This document shows, piece by piece, positions 1 through 9,185 of a DNA stretch of 14,901 nucleotides. Both the position numbers and the translations under genes were made by a program. Under the pieces are notes generated by a model. It saw only the letters and a list, made by a program, of their open reading frames with translations, had not been told where the DNA came from and searched no databases. This stretch comes from Nitrospirota bacterium (lineage in GTDB: Bacteria > Nitrospirota > JACRHJ01): assembly GCA_963845245.1 (NCBI GenBank), contig CAWJRJ010000010.1, positions 1-14,901 on the forward strand, written 5' to 3'. Each line of letters starts with the position of its first letter. Positions within the stretch are counted from its first letter, which is position 1.

Positions 1-2
1 AC

Positions 3-527
3 CGCGAGTTCGGCTTCCTGAAAGAGATACTCGTATCGCCCATCTCACGCTTCTCCATCGTATTCGGCAAGGCTATGGCCGGGACGACGATCTCGCTTTT
101 CCAGGTACTTCTCATGGTCATCTTCATACCCATACTCGGAATAAAGATAACCTTCGTGCAATTCTTCCTTCTCCTATTCTCGGCCGGCCTGCTGGCCTTT
201 GCGCTCACATCGCTTGGCATACTCATCGCCTCGCGGATGTCCTCATATGAAGGCTTCAACATCATAATGAACTTCCTTGTCATGCCCATGTTCTTCCTGT
301 CCGGCGCGATGTATCCCGTAAAGTTGCTGCCGCCCGCCCTTAAGATGATTACCCATTTCAACCCGCTCACATACGGCGTGGATGCGATGAAAAACGTGCT
401 GCTGTCAAACGCGGCAGGCAACGTAATGGGGCCTGAATACCCGCTCGGGCTTGACCTCGCGGTGGTATCCGGGTTCCTTGTGGTCATGGTGGTCCTTGCC
501 AACCATTCCTTCCGCAGGGCCGGCTGA
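3..527 (+). CDS. ABC-2 type transporter permease (DrrB/YadH-like), 5'-truncated by window edge
   Basis: Frame is open from base 3 (REFGFLKEILVSPISRFSIVFGKAM...), the typical ABC-2 permease 'DREFGFLKE..V.P' segment. C-terminal 'PMFFLSGAMYPV..LP' and 'NPLTYGVDAMK' motifs and several hydrophobic TM stretches follow. Confidence 0.9.
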   Translation, partial: REFGFLKEILVSPISRFSIVFGKAMAGTTISLFQVLLMVIFIPILGIKITFVQFFLLLFSAGLLAFALTSLGILIASRMSSYEGFNIIMNFLVMPMFFLSGAMYPVKLLPPALKMITHFNPLTYGVDAMKNVLLSNAAGNVMGPEYPLGLDLAVVSGFLVVMVVLANHSFRRAG

Positions 528-562
528 TTTCCCTGTCAGCAACTCCAAATAAATAAATATCC

Positions 563-591
563 TTGACCACTAACTTTTTATTAGTTATGAT
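563..591 (+). promoter_or_regulatory. Putative sigma70 promoter of the histidine kinase gene
   Basis: TTGACC (563-568), 17-nt spacer, TATGAT (586-591), in an AT-rich intergenic region 30 nt upstream of ATG 622. Confidence 0.6.
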
Positions 592-621
592 TATCGAATA
601 TTATAATAACCAGGGCCTTCC

Positions 622-3080
622 ATGGCGAACTTCTTCGAGCAACAGCTTGATTACCTGATTTTCTTCTACGGTACCTCCTTCTTTGTCCTGGCCACCGCCT
701 GCTATATCGCGCGTAAACGCGGTGACGATACCCTCCCCTGGGGATGGCTTTTTCTGTTCAGCATAGCCCACGGACTCAACGAATGGCTTGACCTGGCATA
801 CCTGAACCTGGGAGGCGGCACCCTTCTGACAGTGCTGCGAATTTCCGCGCTCAGCATTTCCTTTATTTTCCTGATGGAGTTCGGAATATCAGGCACCCTG
901 CCGAAAGCGACGGCATTAAAATGGCTGCCGTTGCTCGTTGGTATAACTCCGCTTGCCGGTTTTGCTGTCGGCGTTTCCGGCGCCCTTTCAATCTGCAGGT
1001 ACCTGCCGGGCCTCACCGGGGGCATATGGGCATCGGCCGCTTTCCTTGCTGCGGCCCGGAGCAAAAACAATGCGACTTTAAAGGTCACAGCGGCTATCAT
1101 GATGTTGTATGCGCTGGAAACGGGGCTCGTCGTTGATGCCGCTCCGTTCTTCCCGGCCTCCGTCCTGAATTTTGAGACCTTCTTCAAGGCCACAGGCATA
1201 CCAGATACAGTTTTTCAAGGCTGGCACGATCTATGCGGCAAGCGTGGCAATCCTGTTTTTTATCCAGAAACGGACCAGGGAGGAACAACGGCAGGCGCCT
1301 TTCCATTTTGTGATTACCTCTGGCTGCATTTCTTTTTATAATCCTTTCCGGATTTGTCTTCACTGCATACCTGGGCAGCCATGCGGAAAAAAACGCAAAA
1401 GATGACCTCCTTACAAGGACCAAGTCCGCAGCCGCAGCCATCAACCCGGAGCGCGTGGCAAAACTTACAGGAACCGACGCGGATTTAGGCAGCCCGGACT
1501 ATATACGGCTGAAGGAACAGGTGCAGAAGATAAAGGGGGCCAACCCGGACTGCCGCTACGTCTATCTTATGGGCCTCCGTGGGGACAAGTTGATATTCCT
1601 TGTGGACGCCGAACCAGTTGGATCCAAGAATTACACAGGTCCCGGATACGTGTATGAGGACAGCTCCCCAGCTTACGTAGCAGATTATAAGGCCGGCCGC
1701 ACAACCGTATATGACGTTTACGAGGACTCCTGGGGCACCTGGGTTACCGGCTCAGACTATATACGCGACAATAAGGGCCGTGTCCTGGCCCAGTTCAGCA
1801 TGGACGTGGACGCACACAACTTCGGGCAGGTTATCCGTGAATTCAGATTTTTCGGCATACTTATAACCTTTGGCGCACTCACTGCCTTCCTGATAGGGAT
1901 GCTCAGTTTTGACTCCTACCTGACCTGGCTGCGCGTCCGACAGACAGCGGAGCATGAAGCCACGTTAATGGTAGCCCAACAGCGTGCCGCCGGAGAGAAG
2001 AAGCTGCGTTCCATAACCAGCGCACTCGGTGAAGGTATCATAGTGCAGGACTTGGAAGGCGGGATAAGTTTCGTCAATCCTGAGGCAGAGAGGCTCCTGG
2101 GGTGGGATGAACACGAGATTACGGGGTCTTCCTTGTGTGACGTCCTTAAGCACCGGGACATGGAGAACAAACTTGTACCAGAAGATAGGACTGCGGCATA
2201 TTTATCTTTTACGACTGGAGATACACACAGAGCAGAAAAGGAGTATTTCACGAGAAAAGACGGTAGCGTCTTCCCGGTATCCTATGTTTCCTCGCCAATA
2301 GTCGAAGAAGGTAAGATAAACGGAGTTGTGTTGGCTTTTCAGGACATTACCGCGCGCAGGAACCTGGAAAGACAGAGCCGCGACTTCCTGGCCATGGTAA
2401 GCCACGACCTCAAATCGCCGGTAGCCATAATTCAAGGATACACTGAATTACTTGCAAAAGAGAAGTCAGGCATACTCGATGCAGACTCACTATCAATGGT
2501 GGACAGCATAAGAAAAAGTTGCGAAAAACTTTTGAGCCTATTAAACGACTTCCTCACCATATCGAGTTCCGAGGCAGGCGCACTGACGCTGCAGCAGGCT
2601 CCCGAGGATATAACTTCGCTTGTGAGAGAGACATGTTTCAACCTCTTCCCGTTTGCGGAAAAGAAAGGCCTCGTTATCTGTACTACTTTGCAGGAAGACA
2701 TCCCCCGCGCGATCATCGACAAGATGAAGCTCCAAAGGGCCATCAGCAACCTGCTTTCAAACGCCATAAACTACACACCCTCCGGCGGCTCAATAAATGT
2801 AGGTGCCTGCACTTCCAGTGTCGGTGATGAGAAATTTATAGTATTATCCGTAGCCGATACGGGCCCAGGCATCAAGGAAGACGAGTCAGAGAAGATATTT
2901 GAAAAATATTACCGATCTCGTCATAACTCAGGAGTCAAAGGGACCGGTCTTGGTCTGGCCATCGTGCGGGCCGTAGCAAAGGCACATGGCGGGAGCGCAA
3001 CCGTCGAGAATTCCACCCCCGGAGGCGCTACTTTCAAGATCACTATCCCACTCAAAACCCCCTCCACAACAGCCATTTAA
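622..3080 (+). CDS. Membrane sensor histidine kinase (multi-TM N-terminus, periplasmic Cache-like domain, PAS/PAC, HisKA, HATPase_c); two apparent +1 frameshifts (~1204, ~1314)
   Basis: ORFs 622-1341, 1172-1405 and 1455-3080 join into ~818 aa if one base is removed near 1204 (TGIP|IQFFKAG) and one near 1314 (FHFV|IPLAAFLFIILSGFVF...). PAS 'GEGIIVQDLEGGISFVNPEAERLLGW', H-box 'VSHDLKSP', N-box 'NLLSNAINYT', G1 'DTGPGI', G2 'GTGLGLAIV'. Confidence 0.85.
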
Positions 3081-3102
3081 GGCAAAATCATCCAGTTTGG
3101 GT

Positions 3103-3131
3103 TTGACATCCGGCCCCGGTTGTCCTAAAAT
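3103..3131 (+). promoter_or_regulatory. Putative sigma70 promoter of thiF-hydG
   Basis: TTGACA (3103-3108), 17-nt spacer, TAAAAT (3126-3131); -10 ends 10 nt before ATG 3142. Confidence 0.75.
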
Positions 3132-3141
3132 TCAGGTTACA

Positions 3142-3951
3142 ATGTTGTATTTAAGAATTAACGAGCGGTCCACCGAGTTCAGTGACCCTCCCAAGCTCAT
3201 GGAGGTTCGCGCCAAGTACAAGCCGGATGCCAACCTAGTAATATTGAACGGTTTTCCAACGACTGAAAACCCAATCCTTCAAGATGGCGACAACGTAATC
3301 CTTATAAGGAAGGGCGAACAGCCGTCCAGGGACGAGCTCGAAGCCCTCATGATGGCACGCCATACCCCCGGGGTGCATGAGAAGGTAAAGCTTGCGCGGG
3401 TGGGCATAGCGGGGGTGGGCGGCCTTGGCTCCTCTGTTGCAGTCGCGCTGGCCCGCGTAGGTATCGGCGAACTGGTTCTAGCGGACTTCGATGTAGTAGA
3501 ACCAAGCAACCTCAACCGTCAGCAGTTCTTTGTCGACCAGATAGGTAAACACAAGGTCGATGCGATGGAGGAGAACCTCCGTCGTATAAACCCTTATGTC
3601 AAGGTGGTCACGCACAGGGCCTTACTTGACGAAGCCAACATCCCAGGCATATTTTGCGGAGTGGATGCGTTGGTCGAGGCATTCGACCTGGCGGAGAGCA
3701 AGGCCATGTTGATTAACTCGATGGCTCGCTCATGTCCCGGCGTACCGGTCGTCGCCTCTTCAGGGGTGGCCGGCCACAGCCCATCAAACAGCATACAGAC
3801 AACTCCTTTCAGCGTTAATTATTATATCGTGGGAGATCAGGAGACCGAAGCGGCGGCAGGAGTGGGTCTCATGGCCCCGAGGGTAGGGATCGCTGCCCAC
3901 CACCAGGCGAACTGCGTCTTGAGGCTCCTGCTCGGAGAAACCGGAGAGTAA
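3142..3951 (+). CDS. thiF: Sulfur carrier protein ThiS adenylyltransferase ThiF with N-terminal ThiS-like ubiquitin domain
   Basis: 'VGIAGVGGLGS', 'DFDVVEPSNLNRQ', 'VEAFD', C-terminal 'GLMAPRVGIAAHHQAN' of the ThiF family-2 type. N-terminal ~60 aa ('YKPDANLVILNGFP...LQDGDNVILIRKG') is ThiS-like. The 3142 start is preferred over 2986, which overlaps the kinase. Confidence 0.9.
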   Translation: MLYLRINERSTEFSDPPKLMEVRAKYKPDANLVILNGFPTTENPILQDGDNVILIRKGEQPSRDELEALMMARHTPGVHEKVKLARVGIAGVGGLGSSVAVALARVGIGELVLADFDVVEPSNLNRQQFFVDQIGKHKVDAMEENLRRINPYVKVVTHRALLDEANIPGIFCGVDALVEAFDLAESKAMLINSMARSCPGVPVVASSGVAGHSPSNSIQTTPFSVNYYIVGDQETEAAAGVGLMAPRVGIAAHHQANCVLRLLLGETGE

Positions 3952-3958
3952 CAAAAGA

Positions 3959-5335
3959 ATGGCTGCACAAGATTTGGTTACAGACATCGCAGGCAGGGTC
4001 GAGGCGGCGCTATGCGCGGCAGGAAAGTACGATGCCTCAAGGCTTGAGGATATCCTCGCAAAGGCAGAACTGGCGGAAGGGCTTTCTCTCGAAGAGGCCG
4101 CATTCCTGCTTGCCATTGAAAACGAAGAGATGCTTGAGCCGGTATACAGGGCTGCGGCAAATGTCAAGGACCAGGTATTCGGCCCTCGCGTTGTCCTGTT
4201 TGCACCGCTTTACCTATCTAACTACTGCTCGAACGACTGCCTTTACTGCGGCTTCAGGCGCTCAAACGACAAGGCGCGGCGGAAAGCGCTCACCCTGGAC
4301 GAGGCTGTTGAGCAGGCGCGGATCCTTTCGGCATCCGGCTTTAAGAGGATCCTCCTTGTCGCCGGCGAGCATAATACCCACTCAGGGGTTGACTACCTGA
4401 CCGAGGCCGCGGATGCCATATATTCAAAGACCGACATCAGGATACTGCACGTAAACTGCGCGCCTCTTGAGACTGAAGATTTCAGGAGGCTGAAGTCGGC
4501 AGGCTACGGCGTTTACCAGTGTTTCCAGGAGACATACCACCGCGACACCTACTCGAAGATGCACCCGACCGGCCGGAAACGGGACTACGACTTCAGGCTT
4601 GCCGCGATGGACAGGGCTCTTGAGGCCGGCTTCGGTGACGTGGGCCTTGGCGCGCTCCTGGGGCTTTATGACCACCGCTACGACGTCCTCTCGGTGATCG
4701 CTCACTCACAACACCTCGAAGAACGCTTCGGCGCGGCAGCGCATACCATATCCGTCCCACGGCTCAGGCCCGCCGAGGGCGCGCCTCTAGCCACGCCGCA
4801 ATATCCTGTTAGCGACAGCGAGTTCAAAAAGATCGTCGCGGTATATCGCCTGAGCGTCCCGTATGCTGGCGTGGTGGTCACGACACGCGAGCCCGAGGCG
4901 CTCCGCGAAGAGACGCTGGACATCGGCGCGTCGCAGATATCGGCCGGCTCGTCCACCGAACCCGGAGGCTACGGGAAAGGCGTCCACAACACGGCACAGT
5001 TCGACACGAACGACGTAAGAGAGCTTTCAACTATGATGGACGTGATTGCGCGGAAAGGCCTGCTCCCTTCGCTTTGCACTTCCTGCTACCGAAGCGGCAG
5101 ACAAGGCAACGCGTTTCTGGATGTTGCATCCTCAGGTGCGATGAAAGACTTCTGTACCCCGAACGCCTTATTGTCTCTCAAGGAATACATACTTGATACG
5201 GCCTCGGAAGGCCAGAGGAAAGCGCTGGAAGACACTCTGGACAAGTTTGTCTCGTCCGTAGACGAACCGGCAAGAAGCGACCTCATGCGGAAACTTTCGC
5301 AGGTTGAAAAAGGCGGGCGGGATATCCACTACTAA
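3959..5335 (+). CDS. hydG: Radical SAM tyrosine lyase of the HydG family ([FeFe]-hydrogenase maturase HydG / ThiH-like)
   Basis: 'FAPLYLSNYCSNDCLYCGF' (CX3CX2C, 4226-4249), 'FQETYH', 'HTISVPRLRPA', 'SQISAGSST.PGGY', and C-terminal 'SLCTSCYR...DFCTPNALLSLKEY' (CX2CX22C, 5075-5155), which is characteristic of HydG and absent from canonical ThiH. Starts 7 nt after the thiF stop, with GGAGAG upstream. Confidence 0.85.
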   Translation: MAAQDLVTDIAGRVEAALCAAGKYDASRLEDILAKAELAEGLSLEEAAFLLAIENEEMLEPVYRAAANVKDQVFGPRVVLFAPLYLSNYCSNDCLYCGFRRSNDKARRKALTLDEAVEQARILSASGFKRILLVAGEHNTHSGVDYLTEAADAIYSKTDIRILHVNCAPLETEDFRRLKSAGYGVYQCFQETYHRDTYSKMHPTGRKRDYDFRLAAMDRALEAGFGDVGLGALLGLYDHRYDVLSVIAHSQHLEERFGAAAHTISVPRLRPAEGAPLATPQYPVSDSEFKKIVAVYRLSVPYAGVVVTTREPEALREETLDIGASQISAGSSTEPGGYGKGVHNTAQFDTNDVRELSTMMDVIARKGLLPSLCTSCYRSGRQGNAFLDVASSGAMKDFCTPNALLSLKEYILDTASEGQRKALEDTLDKFVSSVDEPARSDLMRKLSQVEKGGRDIHY

Positions 5336-7342
5336 TAGATTATAACGTCCTTGTCAAGCTGTACGGGGGGCAGCTCCCCGGAGGCATCCTTTACTCCAGC
5401 CATGTCTTCAAGGGATTTGACTGCGCAATTCCGCACCCGTTCGCTCGGGTCCTTCTCCGCCGACCTTTCAAGCTCGCCTCTTGAGCCGGGCTCCATGATC
5501 ATCCCCAATGCCAGGGCCACCTGCACCCTCACCGACTCGTCATCTTCAAACCGGAGCATGTCGGTAAGCGGCTTTGCCGAACTCTTGAGCCCGAGCATCC
5601 CAAGCGACCATGCAGCAATGCCGCGTATGCCGGCATCCTTGTCCTGCAGGGCCTCAACCAATACCTTTTCGGCGGTCGGCTCTTTTATGAAACCAAGCGA
5701 CCTCACCGCCTCCACCCTCACCCTGGGCTCAGGGTCTTTCGCCTGGGAGATTATGCTGTCGAAGGCCCTCTGGTCGCCAAGCTTGCCAAGCGCGCGCAGG
5801 ACCTCGACTCGCACGGGGATGACCGTCTCTTCGACAAGAAGCCCCGTCAGAGACGGCAGGCTTTCCGTACTGCCGACGTTGCCCAGCGCGCCGGCCGCCA
5901 GCCGCCTCACTTCGGAGTCTTCGTCCTTGAGTGCCCTGACGAGCGCAGAAACCGACTTTACCGATTTGATGTTCCACAAGGCCGCGGCAGCGGCCCTCCT
6001 GATATCGGCAGGCCCTGACGACAGACATTTAAGGAGCGGATCGACGGCCTCCTCGCTCTTTATCTGCCCAAGCACGGATATGGCAAGAAGCCTGAAGGCC
6101 GGGCTTTCCTCGTCCAGCATCATGCACAGCCTCTTCACCGCCTTCGTGTCCATACCGAAGGTCTTGGCAAGGTCTGTCTCCTTCTCCTGGAAGAACACCC
6201 CTTCCGGCATCTTCACGTGGGCCGCTTCCCATACGGCGTTGTCCTTGTCAAGCCGGACCGGGCCGAACGTCCTTGTAATGCGCCTGGAAGGGTCATCCCC
6301 GTGAAGCAGTATCTTGAGGAATGCGTTTGCGCCGTTTTCCTTAAGGCCTGGGTTGTACTTCACAAAGAACGTATAGACTTCGGGCGAAGCGACCTCAAGG
6401 GAGAACACCTCCGGCCCGAACGAGCCCTTACGGTCCATATCGAGCGAGCCGGCCGGTATTGCAGCCTCGCACAGCCACGCATCCGGGGCTTCATTGAATG
6501 TATGGTGGCCGAAGCTGTCCCACACATGCAGGTCGAAGTCGGCGGTCGGGCTGTCCCACGTGAGTATGGCCACCAGGTCCTTCGGTCTGGCGTCGAACGT
6601 GTTGACCCTTACCGACGCACTCCTGCCGGCATGGCCCGAGCGGTTCACCGCCTCCACAGCGAGTGTGTTGACTCCGGGTAAAAGAGCTGCATTCTGGCTC
6701 ATGACCCCTTTTTCAAAGGCAACCCTTTTAGGCATACCGTTTATGACAAGATACCCCTCGGATGCCTCTGAGCCGCTGACCTTTGCCGTTACGGTTATCA
6801 CCCTGTCGGACGTCAGGTCAAGCGATGCACCGTCCCTGGGTTCTGTTATAACCACCTTGGGGCCGCCCGGCAGAGGCCTTGTAGAAGACCTCCACCGAGT
6901 CCTTGCCGAGGTTGCCGTCAAGGTCCGCGGCCAGCGCAACGATCTTGTTGATGCCAGGCTCAAGGGCCAGGTCGGTCTCGAACACGCCCCCGTTTGCCGC
7001 CACGACCTGTGTCTCGTTGTTTACCCTCAGGAATATCTTGGTTATCCCACTGCCGACCCTGCCCCTTATCTTGCAGCAGGAGCGCTCGGAATTCCCTGGA
7101 GATGGCTCTATAATCGCGACCAGCGGGTCTTTCTTGGCAAGCCTTGCCGCCTTTGATATATCTTCCCGTTTTATGGAAAGGCCCCTCTCCTCCGGGACCG
7201 CCTTCTTTACGCCATCGATGGTCGGAAGCAGACTCAACCCTTCCCTCTCGACGGGCGCTACTTCACGCCTTTCCACTGCGAGGGCAGGGCAGGCGCTAAC
7301 GGCAGACAGGGCAACCAATATTGCGGCAACCAGTGTTTTCAT
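5332..7342 (-). CDS. Exported protein: signal peptide, two Ig-like domains, YfaP/DUF2135-like domain, C-terminal HEAT/PBS-lyase repeats; one apparent +1 frameshift (~6866-6880)
   Basis: ORFs 6818-7342 and 5332-6963 fuse to ~669 aa by removing one base (EVFYKASA|GGPKVVITEP). Signal peptide MKTLVAAILVALSAVSACPALA. Two 'P.V.I.EP..G...L.PG.N.I...A....G..G' units. 'DLVAILTWDSPTADFDLHVWD...GSLDMD...FGPEVF' resembles YfaP. About 8 HEAT-like units (e.g. 'DEDSEVRRLAAGALGNVG'). Confidence 0.8.
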
Positions 7343-9185
7343 CTATTGAGCCGTCTTCCCCGATGTCTCTTTTATCTTCTCTTCGACCTTCGCCAGGCTT
7401 CCGGCGGCCTTTTCGTTTCTGGGGTCGAGCTTAAGCACCTCGCGCCACTTCGCCACAGCTTCCCTGAGTTCGCCCTTTGTATAGTGCTCAACACCCTCGA
7501 GGTAGAGCCGCCTGATTTCCTGCTCGCTTGCGGCGGGCTGTGCCGCCTGCCTCTCCTGTGATGCGCGCGCGGCCTCGGACTCCTGGATGCGTGCGTTCTC
7601 GGCCGCTATCCTTGCCATGGTATCGTCGAGCCCCTTCTTTGCAGAAAGGTCTTCCGGGAGGTATTTCACAAGCCTCTCGTACGATTTCCTGGCAGCGGAA
7701 AGCCTGCCTTCATCAAATGCGGCCTTTGCCTTCGCTCTTTCATCCTGTATGCGGCCCTGGACCTGCGAGAGCGACTTGGCTGCGGGCCCGTCTGTAGGGT
7801 CCAGCGCGATTATCTTCTCGTACCAGCCGGACGCCTCTCCAAGCGCCTCCCTCTGCATGGCGTCTTTTGCCTTGGCCCTCAAGGACCCGACCTCGGCCGC
7901 GATACGTCCTGCCACTTCCTTTTCAAGCTCCGCCGCCTGCCTGTTGCCGGGGTAGGCCCTTACTATCTGCCCGCACAACTCTTTCGCCTCCGGTAGTTCG
8001 CCCTTTGAAAGTGCCGCCCTGACGGCAGGCGTTTTTTCGTTTATGTCCCTCTCGACGCGTGCCTTTGCCTCTTTCAGCCCTTTGGCGGCATCGGAATTTG
8101 ACGGGTCAAGCGATGCGGCCTTCTCGTACAAGGCTAAGGCAGAGCCAAGTTCACCCATTGCAGAGGCGTCACTGGCTTCTTTCAGGGCCGATTCCGCCGA
8201 TGCCCTCTGCGCCACTTCAAGCTGGGCCCGCGCACGGGACATATCCGGCCTAAGCTCCAGAGCCTGCCTGAACTCTGAGGCGGCATCCTCGTACCGTTCC
8301 AGCGAGAACAGGTTGTAGCCCCTGTAATAATGGGCATCCGCGTCGTTCGGCTTTATCCTTATCGCCCTCTCGAACATCTCTGCAGCCTGCCCTGCTTTGT
8401 CCCTGTTCTGGTAATCGACGCCTATGTTAAAGAAGGCGGTGGCAAGCGCATCCTTCGTCTTCTCGTCAGCCTGCTCTTTGAGGACGATCCTGTCAAAATA
8501 TGTCTTTGCAGCTGAGTAGCCGTTCTCTTTGTAATTTATCATGCCCATGTAATATAGGGCTTCGAAGTTGTCAGGGTCCGCTTCCAGCGCAGCCGAGAAC
8601 TCCTGGATCGCATCTGAGTAGCGTTCCTGCCCGTACCATATCCTGCCCCCAGCGTTCCTTATCAATGCCGTCGCCGCGGCATCTCCGGCCTTCGCCGACC
8701 TTGCCTTTTCAAGCTCTGCCAGCGCGGCAGCGAACTCCTTCTTTTCCGCCTTGACCAGCCCCATGTAATAACGGGCGTCACCGTCGTTTGGGTCCGCCTC
8801 CAGGGCTATTGCAAGGCTCTTCTCAGACCTGACGAAATCCTTGGCCTTGTAATACGCGCTCCCCAGGTTTGCGAATGCGGCAGCGAAGTTGAACTCCGAT
8901 GTTACCCCCATGCCGGCCGCAGCCTCCTTTGCCCTTGGCCAGGCTGTCGGATGCCTCATCGAACCTTCCGACCTTATAATATGCCAGGCCCGCATGGTAT
9001 TGCAGGTACGGGTCCTTCGGCTCCTTTGCGGCAAGCGGCGCAAGTATCCTCAGCGCCTCATCCGCCTTGCCCGCGCGCAGGTATGCAACGCCCTTTTCAT
9101 ATGAGCCGTCCGACGCATATGCAGATACGGCAAAAATGACGGCTGCAGCGACGGCTAAAAGTATCCTAAGACCTTGGTTTTTCAC
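7343..9185 (-). CDS. Exported tetratricopeptide repeat (TPR) protein; one apparent +1 frameshift (~8932-8936)
   Basis: GTG start at 9185 with SD GAGGT 5 nt upstream, signal peptide MKNQGLRILLAVAAAVIFAVSAYA. Fuses with ORF 7343-9043 by removing one base (DSLAK|AKEAAAG) to ~613 aa. Many TPR units ('ALEADPNDGDARYYMG', 'AIRIKPNDADAHYYRG'). Confidence 0.85.

Noticed and set aside
2986..3141. N-terminal extension of ThiF from ATG 2986
   Set aside because: Overlaps the kinase 3' end, is low-complexity and lies across the strong promoter; 3142 fits the family.
3959..5335. Calling the radical SAM gene plain thiH from context
   Set aside because: Its length (458 aa) and C-terminal CX2CX22C domain place it in the HydG family; a ThiH-like function remains a hypothesis.
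5351..7349. Long plus-strand ORFs (5351-6304, 6217-6681, 6494-7156, 6903-7349)
   Set aside because: Ser/Arg/Pro-rich antisense shadows of the clearly coding minus-strand gene, with no recognisable motifs.
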